Of a stretch of DNA of 64,000 bases, positions 30,127-39,223 are shown in pieces. A program made the position numbers and the translations under genes. Numbering within the stretch: the first letter of the stretch is position 1; every line of letters starts with the position of its first letter. Origin of the DNA: Pirellulales bacterium (GTDB taxonomy: Bacteria > Planctomycetota > Planctomycetia > Pirellulales > PNKZ01); NCBI GenBank assembly GCA_036272935.1, contig DATAXP010000075.1, positions 87,085 through 151,084 on the forward strand, written 5' to 3'. The notes under the pieces are model-generated. The model saw only the letters and a program-made list of their open reading frames with translations, was not told the origin of the DNA and ran no database searches.

Positions 30127-32061
30127 TCACTCGCTGGCGTAGGGCATCAGGATTTCACCGGTTTCGATGCCGGCAATCGCCTTGAACGCGCCGTCGGCCA
30201 CCGCCTCGCCCAGCCGTGTTACGGTGCGGAAGTAACGATCGCTCGGCTTCGCGGGCGATACTTGCCGCGCCAGGTCCTGGCAGGCCACGTCGGCCGCCTG
30301 GGTGACGATCTCGTCGCCGCGGCGCGCCGCGTACAGGCTGGTGCACACCATGATGATGCACGCCTGAACGCGCGCCGACAGTTCTGCCATGCGGCATTGC
30401 CGATCGGCCAAGGCGAGCTGATACTTTCGCATCACGCCACTGATCTCCAACGGGAAATGCTGGAGCCGATCGATCGCGTACTCCGCATGGGCGCGTAGCA
30501 CGGCAGGCATCGGTGGCAACTGCGGCGACGGATGCCGGCGGAACCGCTGCGCGGCAAACCACTTCGAGTACTCCCACAACGGCTCGCGCAGCACCATCAG
30601 GTGCGCCGGGTTCAACATGTTCGGCTTCTTGATTCCTGCCACGGCCAACGCGCGGCCGATCGGCTCGAAGAACTGCATGCCGTGCTGCTTCACCAGCGAC
30701 TTGAAGAACGCCATGCCGAGCATCTCGCCCTCGCCTTCGTAGATGCACGGGGCCAAGAACTCGTGCACGTTGTCGCCGAACAGGTGGCCGTGCAGGAACG
30801 CTCGGCCGCCATGCGTCTTCATCATCAACTCGATGGCCGCCTCTTTTTGGGCTTCGCTGCCAAAAATCTTGGCGATGATGCACTCCATCTCGCCGCGATA
30901 ACCCTGGTCGATCAACTGCGAACACCACGCCACCTGGGCATCGGCCGCGACGATCAACCCGGCGAGCCGGCCGATGCGGCGGCGCACCAATTCGCGCGAG
31001 GCAATCTCCTGTCCGTAGGTGCGGCGGAAGTGCGCCCAAGGCAGCATGCTGGCCAGCATCACGCGCATCGCCCCGGCCGCCGTGGCACACAGCGCCACGC
31101 GCCCCAGGTTCAAGCCGTGATAAGCGATCGTCAGTCCGTCGCCGCGCTTCGGTTCGAGCAAGTTGTCGGCCGGCACACGGAAATCGCGAAAGATGATCCC
31201 CTGGTTGTACGCATGCTTCAGCGCGTACAGACCGTACTTCTTCAATTGGAAGTGCTCGTTCTCTTGGTCCGGCAGATCGACGATGAGCACCGCGGGCTTG
31301 TTCTCGATCAGGCACACCAGGCCGATCGTCCGCCCGGGGATGACGTTCGTGATGAACAGTTTCTCGCCGTTGACGACGAACGTGTCGCCATCGCAGTCGG
31401 CCCGGGTGCGCAAGGCGGTGAGATCGCTGCCGGCTCCTGGCTCGGTGAGCGCGAAGGCGCTCAGTCGCTCGCCGCTGGCCAGCTTGGGGAGCCAGCGCTC
31501 GCGCTGCTCGGTGTTACCGAACGTGCGCACCGGATCGACCGCTCCAATACAGCCATGAACGCTCGCCATGCCGGCGACCGTGGGATCGACCGTGCCCATG
31601 CGGGTAAGAAACGGCGCGAAGCTCGCGAAGGCCGCGCCGCTGCCGCCGTATTGCCGATCGACGAGCAGCCCCCAGTAGCCTGCCGCGCCCAGCTCGTTGA
31701 ACACCGCGTCGCTGATTTTTCCCTGGTCGTTGTGCAGCGTGCGCGCGTCGCGATGCCGGCGGACCACCGCGATCGAATCGTCCATCACCTTCGCCACGTC
31801 GGCCGGCGGCGCGGTGTCCTTGCTGGTGAACAGCTCGACCGGCACGGCGCCTTCCCATACCGCCCGGTGCGCGGGGCTGGCGGTGGTCTGGTACTGCGGT
31901 GCGAAGAGCGCCTCGACCTGGTCGTCGGCCTTGTCGATCGCGCCGGTCCGCGTCGCCTCTTCCTGGCTTTTGCCGCCAAGTTTCAGCGCCGTCTCGGCGA
32001 ACGATTCCTTCTCGGCGTCCTGCGACGGCGAGGCAACCGGTTCTTCAACACGCGGGTTCAT
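30127..32061 (-). CDS. Acyl-CoA dehydrogenase (long form with an extra C-terminal domain, FadE-like)
   Basis: ACAD N-terminal, middle and C-terminal motifs (…[12 protein letters not shown]…, …[14 protein letters not shown]…, …FITN…, …IFGSEAQ…GGRAF…YEGEGEM…). The C-terminal extension resembles the DUF1974 region of FadE-type enzymes. Confidence 0.85.
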   Translation of the reverse strand: MNPRVEEPVASPSQDAEKESFAETALKLGGKSQEEATRTGAIDKADDQVEALFAPQYQTTASPAHRAVWEGAVPVELFTSKDTAPPADVAKVMDDSIAVVRRHRDARTLHNDQGKISDAVFNELGAAGYWGLLVDRQYGGSGAAFASFAPFLTRMGTVDPTVAGMASVHGCIGAVDPVRTFGNTEQRERWLPKLASGERLSAFALTEPGAGSDLTALRTRADCDGDTFVVNGEKLFITNVIPGRTIGLVCLIENKPAVLIVDLPDQENEHFQLKKYGLYALKHAYNQGIIFRDFRVPADNLLEPKRGDGLTIAYHGLNLGRVALCATAAGAMRVMLASMLPWAHFRRTYGQEIASRELVRRRIGRLAGLIVAADAQVAWCSQLIDQGYRGEMECIIAKIFGSEAQKEAAIELMMKTHGGRAFLHGHLFGDNVHEFLAPCIYEGEGEMLGMAFFKSLVKQHGMQFFEPIGRALAVAGIKKPNMLNPAHLMVLREPLWEYSKWFAAQRFRRHPSPQLPPMPAVLRAHAEYAIDRLQHFPLEISGVMRKYQLALADRQCRMAELSARVQACIIMVCTSLYAARRGDEIVTQAADVACQDLARQVSPAKPSDRYFRTVTRLGEAVADGAFKAIAGIETGEILMPYASE

Positions 32062-32144
32062 GGGTCATCCTTTGCCAGACAGCGTGAATACTCGCTAAAA
32101 TATACTACGCAGGTGGCGGGCGTTGGACCGCGCATCTCCCGGTA

Positions 32145-32372
32145 TTGGAGAAGAACATGCCCCAATCGATGCGTTTCGACGAAATACTCACCTTGATCGA
32201 CACACTGCCGCCGGCTGACCAGGAGGCGTTGCTTGGCATCCTCGAACGGCGGCGGATTGCCGACCGGCGCGCCGAAATCACGAAAGAAGTCGTCGAAGCG
32301 CGTGAGGAGTATCGCTCCGGTGCCTGCCGACATGAACAGGCCGCCGAGATCATGAAAGACTTGCTTTCATGA
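32145..32372 (+). CDS. Small 'addiction module component' antitoxin-like protein (TIGR02574-like), apparently without a partner
   Basis: 75 aa. The pattern …ILTLIDTLPPADQEALLGILERR…EITKEVVEAREEYRSGA…AEIMKDLLS fits the short 'putative addiction module component' family from memory. No RelE/ParE-like ORF follows: only about 150 nt separate it from the next gene, and that stretch holds a 10-bp perfect hairpin. Confidence 0.4.
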   Translation: MEKNMPQSMRFDEILTLIDTLPPADQEALLGILERRRIADRRAEITKEVVEAREEYRSGACRHEQAAEIMKDLLS

Positions 32373-32528
32373 ACCGAGCCTTGTTGCGGTCCAAGGCATG
32401 CACGCGAGCACGTTGTTGTGGCCGGTCTCCCGACCGCGCCACCCGCCGCGACCGCAGGTCTCCCTGCCACCGACCGCATTCTTTATTGGCTGGCATGGTC
32501 GGGAGACCATGCCAGAACGGTGCAATCC

Positions 32529-34193
32529 CTAGGCGTCGGCCTTTTTCGCGTACATCGCCTCGATCTTGTCGGCGTACTTGCGGGCGATCGCGGAGCGGCG
32601 GAGCTTGAGCGTCGGCGTCAGGTCGCCCGATTCGACCGTGAACGCTCGATCCAACAAGATAAAATCGCCGATCTGCTCGTAGCGCGATACGCCTGCCATC
32701 CGCTCCCGAATTCGCTTGGCGTACAGCTTGCGCACCTCGTCGCTCGCCAGCGCCTCGGCGGCATTGGTGACCGGGATGCGGCGCTCGATGATCGCGGCAC
32801 GCAGCGTCGCAGGATCAGGGACGATGAGCGCGGTCAGATAGTTCCGCCCGTCGCCGATCACCACCGCCTGGTGGATCAACGGCTCGGCCGCCAGCAGCGA
32901 CTCGAGCGCGATCGGGGAAATGTTCTTGCCGCCGGCGGTGACGATCAGCTCCTTCTTGCGGCCGGTGATTTTGAGGAAACCGTCGGCGTCGATCTCGCCC
33001 AGGTCGCCGGTGTACAGCCAGCCGTCGCGAAGAATCTCGGCCGTGTCGGCCGGTCGATGCCAGTAGCCGAGCATCACGTGCGGCCCGCGGGTGAGAATCT
33101 CGCCGTCGTCGGCAATGCGGACTTCAACCCCGGCGATCGGCGGGCCGACGGTGCCGCGCTTGTTGGCGGTCGTCGTGCAGGTGCTGATCACCGGCGACGT
33201 TTCGGTCAGTCCGTAGCCTTCAAGCAGCGTCACCCCGTTACGCTCGTAGAACTCGCCGACATGCGCCGGCAGCGCCGCCCCGCCGGCAATGCCTGCCCGT
33301 AAGCGACCGCCGAAGATCTCGGCCAGCGCTCCAGGGCGATCGGCCGCCGGCGACTGTTGCAAGAGCCGCATCACGCGCTCGAAGAAGTACGGCACGCCGT
33401 TGACCAACGTGGGATGGAACTCGGCACACTGCGGTACGGCCGTCTCGGGCGAGTCGGCCAGCACCAGCTCACAGCCTTGGACAAGCCAAGTGTAAAAATC
33501 GCAAGTGCGGGCAAAGATGTGGCTGAGCGGCAGCCAGTTGAGCCGCACGTCCCCCGCGCGCGGCCCGAACGCCGATGTTGCCGAGATGGCGTTCGAGGCC
33601 AGATTGTTCTGGCTGAGCATCACTCCCTTCGGCTCGCCGGTGGTGCCCGAGGTGTACAGGATCGTCGCCAAATCGCCCGGCGCGATGCTGGCCGGCGCGA
33701 AATCGTCGCGTGACGTAGCCAGCAGTTCTTCGAAGCGAAGAAAGTCGTGGCCGGGCCACGATTGCACGCCGGCGTCGAACGTGACGAGGCGCGTGCCGGC
33801 CGGCAGCGCCGCGGCATGCGGGGCCAGTTTCTCCGCCTGTTCGGCGCTGGAAACGACAATCACTTTTGCCCCGCTATCGGCAATTTGAAACGCAATCTGA
33901 GCGCCGGAAAGTGACGCATGCACCGGCACGTGCACCGCACCGGCCGTTTGAATGCCCAGGTCGGTGACGAGCCACTCGTAACGGTTCGGCGACACCAGCA
34001 ACACCCGGTCGCCACGCTCGACGCCCAACGACGCCAGCGCAGCCGCGAAGCGGCGCACGTCGCGCGCCAGGTCGTTCCAAGTGTGGGCGCGCATCTCGCC
34101 GCCGCGCCGGGCATGCACCGCCACGCGCTCGCCATCGCTGCGCACGCGATCGTGGAACAAGGCGACGATCGTTTGTTCGAGCGAGCAGACCAT
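32529..34193 (-). CDS. Long-chain fatty-acid--CoA ligase (AMP-dependent synthetase, FadD-like)
   Basis: AMP-binding motif I (ILYTSGTTGEPKGV), motif II (…GYGLTETS…) and motif III (…YTGDLG…), plus the …GRKKELIVTAGGKNISP… region. Confidence 0.9.
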   Translation of the reverse strand: MVCSLEQTIVALFHDRVRSDGERVAVHARRGGEMRAHTWNDLARDVRRFAAALASLGVERGDRVLLVSPNRYEWLVTDLGIQTAGAVHVPVHASLSGAQIAFQIADSGAKVIVVSSAEQAEKLAPHAAALPAGTRLVTFDAGVQSWPGHDFLRFEELLATSRDDFAPASIAPGDLATILYTSGTTGEPKGVMLSQNNLASNAISATSAFGPRAGDVRLNWLPLSHIFARTCDFYTWLVQGCELVLADSPETAVPQCAEFHPTLVNGVPYFFERVMRLLQQSPAADRPGALAEIFGGRLRAGIAGGAALPAHVGEFYERNGVTLLEGYGLTETSPVISTCTTTANKRGTVGPPIAGVEVRIADDGEILTRGPHVMLGYWHRPADTAEILRDGWLYTGDLGEIDADGFLKITGRKKELIVTAGGKNISPIALESLLAAEPLIHQAVVIGDGRNYLTALIVPDPATLRAAIIERRIPVTNAAEALASDEVRKLYAKRIRERMAGVSRYEQIGDFILLDRAFTVESGDLTPTLKLRRSAIARKYADKIEAMYAKKADA

Positions 34194-34197
34194 AAGC

Positions 34198-34713
34198 TCA
34201 CAAGTCGGGCAGCCGAAGGTGGTTGAAATTCAATACGTCCAATCGTTCCTTTTCGAGAATCCCCGATAGCATCGCATCGTCGGTTAGAACAAGTACGCCC
34301 TCTCGCGCCAGGTCGAAGATGCCGGCGTCGGTTACGCCAAGCTTCATGAACGCTTCGCTTTGTGCGGCTTGTGTTGCTGAAATCAAGCGCTCATCGAATT
34401 CTTTCACCATCGCTTGTAGGGTTCGGGAAAAACTGTCGCGCAAAGGCCTCGACAATCCCGTCCGCCCCAAGTTGCTTATTTCCGTGATAATGCTGGTCGT
34501 CGTGATGACCCGTCGAAAGGATCTGAGCGTTCCGACCAGCAGATCGAAGTCGTCTGTCGTAAAGCCATGGGAGCGAGTGCGCTTGAAACTTGAAACCAAC
34601 GAACGGCGCGTTTGGCCGATCAAGACGAGCAGCAGAATGTTCGTGTCGACCAACACACCTCGCGCCAGATGCTTGCGAATCAGCGGGTGCTCGGTAGCTA
34701 GTTCGCGCCTCAT
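34198..34713 (-). CDS. PIN-domain protein (VapC-like ribonuclease fold)
   Basis: The first PIN acidic residue sits in VLVDTNILL, with further Asp-containing blocks (…TDAGIFDLA…, …VLVLTDDAML…). 171 aa. It overlaps the upstream small ORF by 4 nt, suggesting co-translation. Confidence 0.6.
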   Translation of the reverse strand: MRRELATEHPLIRKHLARGVLVDTNILLLVLIGQTRRSLVSSFKRTRSHGFTTDDFDLLVGTLRSFRRVITTTSIITEISNLGRTGLSRPLRDSFSRTLQAMVKEFDERLISATQAAQSEAFMKLGVTDAGIFDLAREGVLVLTDDAMLSGILEKERLDVLNFNHLRLPDL

Positions 34714-35006
34714 ACGGCTCGAATTCGCATAGCCCGAGCGACACCAGTGTCGGCGGCAACCTCGACTTGCTTATACTCGCGATCCTGAAATGGAGAGCTA
34801 AATGCAGCGTTGCCGAGCCCTTCGCCAGCACCACGAAAGAAGCTCAACGTGATCATCCAGCTCTGCTCGTCTTCGGTCATCTCGACCTCTTCTAACCGTA
34901 GGCCCGGCAAGTCCTCACCAAGGACTTCCTTCAAAAACTTCGTAGCGCTTTGAACCGCTTGTTTGACCGAAATTGGTTGGGTCGGATTTGGTTTGACAGT
35001 GCTCAT
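34710..35006 (-). CDS. Small hypothetical protein (98 aa) upstream of, and overlapping, the PIN gene; candidate antitoxin or partner
   Basis: MSTVKPNPTQPISVKQAVQSATKFLKEVLG…MITLSFF…. No RHH, AbrB or HTH is evident. Its position and the 4-nt overlap with the PIN gene give a toxin-antitoxin-like arrangement. Confidence 0.4.
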   Translation of the reverse strand: MSTVKPNPTQPISVKQAVQSATKFLKEVLGEDLPGLRLEEVEMTEDEQSWMITLSFFRGAGEGLGNAAFSSPFQDREYKQVEVAADTGVARAMRIRAV

Positions 35007-35030
35007 GTCGTTGGCTCCGGTGCGAATATT

Positions 35031-36188
35031 CTAGCACCGCTCAAAAATCGTCGCGATCCCTTGGCCGATGCCGATGCACATGGTCGCCAGGCCGAGCGTG
35101 GCATCGCGGTCGAGCATCGCGTGGATCAGCGTCGTTGAGATGCGGGCACCGCTGGCTCCCAGCGGATGGCCGATCGCGATCGCTCCGCCGCGCACGTTCA
35201 CCCGCTCTTCATCGAGGCCGAGCATGCGGATGCAGGCGATCGCCTGCGACGCGAATGCCTCGTTCAGCTCGATCAGATCGATGTCTTTCAGCGATAGCCC
35301 AGCCCGCTTCAGCGCCTTCTGCGTCGCAGGCACCGGGCCGGTCCCCATCACCGCCGGGTCGACGCCGACGACCGCGGTCGCCAGGATGCGCACTTTCGGC
35401 GTCAGGCCGAGTTCTTTGGCGCGCTCGTCGCTCATGATCAACAGGGCCGCGGCACCGTCGTTCAGCGGCGAACTGTTGCCGGCAGTCACCGTTCCCATGC
35501 CGGGCATGAAGGCCGGCTTCAAAGCGGCAAGCGTTTCGAGCGACGCATCGGGGCGCACGCACTGATCACTCTCGACCAGGAATCGTTCGCCACGCTCGTC
35601 GTGTCCCCAGATCGGCACCATCTCGGCCTTAAACTCTCCGGCCCGCTGCGCGGCCGCGGCACGCTGGTGGCTGCGCAGGGCGAACTTGTCCTGCTCCTCG
35701 CGCGAGATGCCCTGGCTTTGGGCGAGGAACTCGGCCGTCACTCCCATCATCAGCGCCCCTTTGCTGGTGCGGTGGAACAGCTTGGGGTTGAGGTTCAGGT
35801 CCTTGTCCATCGGGATGTGCTGCATGTGCTCAAGGCCGCCGACGATCTGCACGTCCTCGAAGCCGGCCATGATGGCGTGCGTCGCCTGGTTCAGCGCCTG
35901 CAAGCTGCTGCCGCACAGGCGGTTGACCGTCGCTCCGCCGGTGGCCATCGGCAGGCCGGCCATCAGCGACACGGCCCGGGCAACGTCGAACCCCTGTTCG
36001 CCTTGCTGCTGCGTGTTGCCGAGCACCACGTCCTCGATCACTTCAGGATCGACGCCGCTGCGCTCGACAAGTTCCTGCACCACCGCCACCGCCATGTCAT
36101 CCGACCTGACGTTGCGGAACCAGCCCTTCTCGGGATGCGAGCGCCCGATCGGCGTGCGAAGCCCTTCGATGACGACTGCGTGTTTCAT
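35031..36188 (-). CDS. fadA: Acetyl-CoA C-acyltransferase / 3-ketoacyl-CoA thiolase
   Basis: 385 aa with the thiolase active-site Cys motif (…[12 protein letters not shown]…), the C-terminal …NEAFASQ… block and the final CIGIGQG block. I checked its start and stop codons directly in the sequence. Confidence 0.95.
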   Translation of the reverse strand: MKHAVVIEGLRTPIGRSHPEKGWFRNVRSDDMAVAVVQELVERSGVDPEVIEDVVLGNTQQQGEQGFDVARAVSLMAGLPMATGGATVNRLCGSSLQALNQATHAIMAGFEDVQIVGGLEHMQHIPMDKDLNLNPKLFHRTSKGALMMGVTAEFLAQSQGISREEQDKFALRSHQRAAAAQRAGEFKAEMVPIWGHDERGERFLVESDQCVRPDASLETLAALKPAFMPGMGTVTAGNSSPLNDGAAALLIMSDERAKELGLTPKVRILATAVVGVDPAVMGTGPVPATQKALKRAGLSLKDIDLIELNEAFASQAIACIRMLGLDEERVNVRGGAIAIGHPLGASGARISTTLIHAMLDRDATLGLATMCIGIGQGIATIFERC

Positions 36189-36211
36189 GGGTATGCTTTC
36201 CTACTATTAAA

Positions 36212-36335
36212 CCCCTCTCCCTTTGGGAGAGGGTGGCAAGCGCAGCGAGCCGGGTGAGGGTGAGTCAGATACTCGGCCTCGACACCGCTTCGCCCTCATC
36301 CGGCCTTCGGCCACCTTCTCCCAGAGGGAGAAGGA
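36212..36335. repeat. Composite GC-rich palindromic repeat (three hairpins: GGGAGAGGG type, GGTGAGGG type, GGGAGAAGG type), intergenic between fadA and fadB
   Basis: cccctctccc ttt gggagaggg; gggtgagggtgag…ccctcatcc; ccttctccc aga gggagaagg. The same three-hairpin unit recurs at 40561..40661. Confidence 0.5.
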
Positions 36336-36359
36336 TATCGATTTGTGTCCTCATTGATT

Positions 36360-38510
36360 CTACGTTCTGCCGTAAAACGTTCCGCCGGTCTTGGCCAGGT
36401 CCAGCAGCATCGGCGTCGGCCGATAGCGTTCGCCCAACGATTCATACGGCTTCAGCCGCTCGACGATCTTCGCCGCTCCGATGGTATCGGCCCAGAACAG
36501 CAGCCCCCCTTTGAAGGGCGGAAACCCGATGCCGTAGATCAGCCCCAGATCGACATCGCGGGCGTCGCGCACCAGGCGGTCTTGCAAGATGCGCGTGGCT
36601 TCGAGCACCATCGGCAAGAACAACCGCTCGGTCACCTGCTCCTGGGACAGTTTGGCGGCCACGGGCTTGACCAGCGGGGCCAGCAAACCGTTGAGCGTCG
36701 GGTCGGGCTCGCCGCGACCTTTCTTGTCGGTGTACTTGAAGAACCCGGCACCGCTTTTCTGCCCCAGTCGGCCGGTCTTCACCATCGTGTCGAGAATCGG
36801 CGATTCGACAATCCGCCCGGGAAACGCCGCATGCATCACCTGCCCCGCGTAATACGCCGTGTCGAGCCCCACGACATCGTACAGCGTCATCGGCCCCATC
36901 GGCATGCCGAATTCCTTGGCCGCCGCTTCGATCATCTTCAACGGCACTCCTTCGGCCAGCAGGTTCAGCGCCTCGTTCATGTACGGCAGCAGCAGGCGAT
37001 TGACCAGGAACCCCGGGCCATCGTTCACCACGATCGGACTCTTGCCGAGCCGCTTCGCAAACGCCACCGCCGTGGCCACCGTCATATCGCTGGTGAGCGG
37101 GCCGCGAATCACCTCCACCAGCGGCATCTGCCGCACGGGATTGAAGAAGTGCAGCCCTACGAACCGCTCGGGATACTTGAGTCCCTGCGACAGCGTGCCG
37201 ATCGAGATCGCCGAGGTGTTCGAGGCCAGGATCGCCTCGGGCCGTAACTGCGGCTCGATCCGCGCATACAGCTTCTTCTTAATCGCCGGGTTCTCGACGA
37301 CTGCTTCGATCACCAGATCGCACGCCGCGAACTCGCTATCGACCGTCGTGGCATTCACCAACGGCACGTACTTGAGCAATTTCTGAGGATCGCTGCCTTT
37401 GATTGCCTTGTTGTACGACACTTCTTCCAGCGTTTTCTTCACGCCGCCCGCCAGTGCCGCGGGCGAGGCGTCGTTGATCGTCACTGGCACGTCGCGCTTC
37501 ACGCACGCCGCGGCAATCCCTGAGCCCATGATCCCCGCGCCGAACATGCCCACGGCGTTGATCTCGCGCGGCTCGATGCGCTCGTCGGCAATGCCGCGAT
37601 CCTTTTTGTTGCGATCGCCGAGGAAGAACACGTTGATTAGCGCGCGGTTGATCGGCGTGCCGAAAATGTCGGCGAACGCTTCGGCCTCTTGCTTGCAAGC
37701 CTCGGCCAGGGTGGCGCTCGCCGCGCCAAGCATCAGTTCCAGGGCCGCCATCGGCGCGGGGTAATGCCCCTTGGTGACCTGCTGGATCATCGCCGCCGCC
37801 GTGGCGCCAAGGAACATCAGCTCGGTTTCGTTCATCGCGATGGGCTGCGACCAACGCTCGCGGTCGCGCTGCCACCCGCCGCTGCGCTGCTCGGCGCGGA
37901 TCAGTTCGATCGCCGCATGTTCCAGTCGCTCTGGCGCGACGACGTCGGTCGCCAGCCCCATCAACGCCGCAGCCCGGCCGTCGATACTCTCGCCGCCCGT
38001 GACCAACTCCACGGCATTGGGCAGGCCGACCATGCGCGGCGTGCGCGCCGTGCCGCCCCAGCCAGGGAACATGCCCAGCTTCACTTCGGGGAAGCCGTAC
38101 TGGGCCTTGGGATTCGTGGTCATGAGTCGCCGATCGCACCACATTGCTAGCTCCGCGCCGCCGCCGACGCACATGCCGTCGATCGCCGCGGTGGTGACGA
38201 ACGGTACTTTTGATAGCCGCTCGAACAGGCTGCGGCCGCGCGTGGCGATTTCCACCACGTCGGCATGCGTGACGTTCTTGGCCGCGGCGAACTCGCGCAG
38301 GTCGGCGCCGGCAATGAAGATGCCGGGCTTGGCCGAGGCGATCACGAGGCCAGCCAGCCCAGGACGTTTTTCCAGCTCGCCAAACCGGGCTTCAAACTCT
38401 TCCAGCACGGCGCGCGACAGCACGTTGGCGCTTTTGGCAGGGTCGTCGAACGTGAGCACCGCGATGTCGGGCTCGGGGAAACTGAGTTTCAGATAAGTGG
38501 CGTCGGGCAT
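36360..38510 (-). CDS. fadB: Fatty-acid oxidation complex alpha subunit (enoyl-CoA hydratase plus 3-hydroxyacyl-CoA dehydrogenase; FadB/FadJ-like)
   Basis: 716 aa. Crotonase fold at the N-terminus (…ASAKPGIFIAGADLREF…) and a 3-HCDH NAD-binding motif (VGMFGAGIMGSGIAAA) in the C-terminal half. It lies upstream of the thiolase, the usual fadBA order. Confidence 0.9.
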   Translation of the reverse strand: MPDATYLKLSFPEPDIAVLTFDDPAKSANVLSRAVLEEFEARFGELEKRPGLAGLVIASAKPGIFIAGADLREFAAAKNVTHADVVEIATRGRSLFERLSKVPFVTTAAIDGMCVGGGAELAMWCDRRLMTTNPKAQYGFPEVKLGMFPGWGGTARTPRMVGLPNAVELVTGGESIDGRAAALMGLATDVVAPERLEHAAIELIRAEQRSGGWQRDRERWSQPIAMNETELMFLGATAAAMIQQVTKGHYPAPMAALELMLGAASATLAEACKQEAEAFADIFGTPINRALINVFFLGDRNKKDRGIADERIEPREINAVGMFGAGIMGSGIAAACVKRDVPVTINDASPAALAGGVKKTLEEVSYNKAIKGSDPQKLLKYVPLVNATTVDSEFAACDLVIEAVVENPAIKKKLYARIEPQLRPEAILASNTSAISIGTLSQGLKYPERFVGLHFFNPVRQMPLVEVIRGPLTSDMTVATAVAFAKRLGKSPIVVNDGPGFLVNRLLLPYMNEALNLLAEGVPLKMIEAAAKEFGMPMGPMTLYDVVGLDTAYYAGQVMHAAFPGRIVESPILDTMVKTGRLGQKSGAGFFKYTDKKGRGEPDPTLNGLLAPLVKPVAAKLSQEQVTERLFLPMVLEATRILQDRLVRDARDVDLGLIYGIGFPPFKGGLLFWADTIGAAKIVERLKPYESLGERYRPTPMLLDLAKTGGTFYGRT

Positions 38511-38656
38511 GCGAGTGTCTCTTTCGGCCTAGCGACGTGATAGCGCTCCTTTTTACACTGTGCTCCATGCAAGCGGAAAGCGGAAAGCCGAGCGCGGATG
38601 CAGCATTCCCCATTCCCCGTTCCCGATTCCCCATTGCTCCGCTCGCTCCCGAACAG

Positions 38657-39223
38657 ATGGCCACGATCGCGCTGGTGGCGGCAATGCACTTCGTGGTGTC
38701 GTATGCGTCGGTGTTGGCCGGTATGCTGCTTTGGACCCTGCTGGGGCCGTTGGCGGTGTTTGTGACCGGCATTGCGGACCAGGGCATTCCCTGCCTGCTG
38801 CTGGCGATGCTGTTGGTGCTCATCCCGCGCGTCGGCGTGGCAGCATGGTCGCTGGCCACGGTGTTCGTGCTCAACACGTTGTTCGGCGGATTCGCAGGCG
38901 TTCCCTCGCTGGCGTACATCGGCGTGAGCATCGTGGTACACGAAACGTTGCTGGCCGCCAGCGGCATCACGACGACATCGCTATTGCGCGTGCCGAGGCC
39001 GCGACCCAAGGTAGCAACCGTGCTGCGCGTGGCGCTGGTGCTCGGGCTGTGCAAAGCGGTGAACGTGTTCGCGCAGTTCACGCTGGCCAAGCTGCTGTTC
39101 CGCTTCATGTTTGCCGATTGGTACCTGATTAGCGCTTCGCTGGTCACCGGGTTGGGATACGGCAGCGTCGGGGCAGCGATCGGCTTGGTGCTGGGATACC
39201 GGCTGCGCAGGGTCGCCGTATGA
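38657..39223 (+). CDS. Integral membrane protein, probable substrate-capture (S) component of the downstream ECF transporter
   Basis: About 188 aa with 5-6 hydrophobic helices. Its stop abuts the ECF A-A'-T fusion gene. The track ORF starts at 38537, but that N-terminal extension is encoded by a CCCCATTCC repeat, so I use the in-frame ATG at 38657 (MATIALVAAMHFVVSYASVLAG…). Confidence 0.5.
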   Translation: MATIALVAAMHFVVSYASVLAGMLLWTLLGPLAVFVTGIADQGIPCLLLAMLLVLIPRVGVAAWSLATVFVLNTLFGGFAGVPSLAYIGVSIVVHETLLAASGITTTSLLRVPRPRPKVATVLRVALVLGLCKAVNVFAQFTLAKLLFRFMFADWYLISASLVTGLGYGSVGAAIGLVLGYRLRRVAV

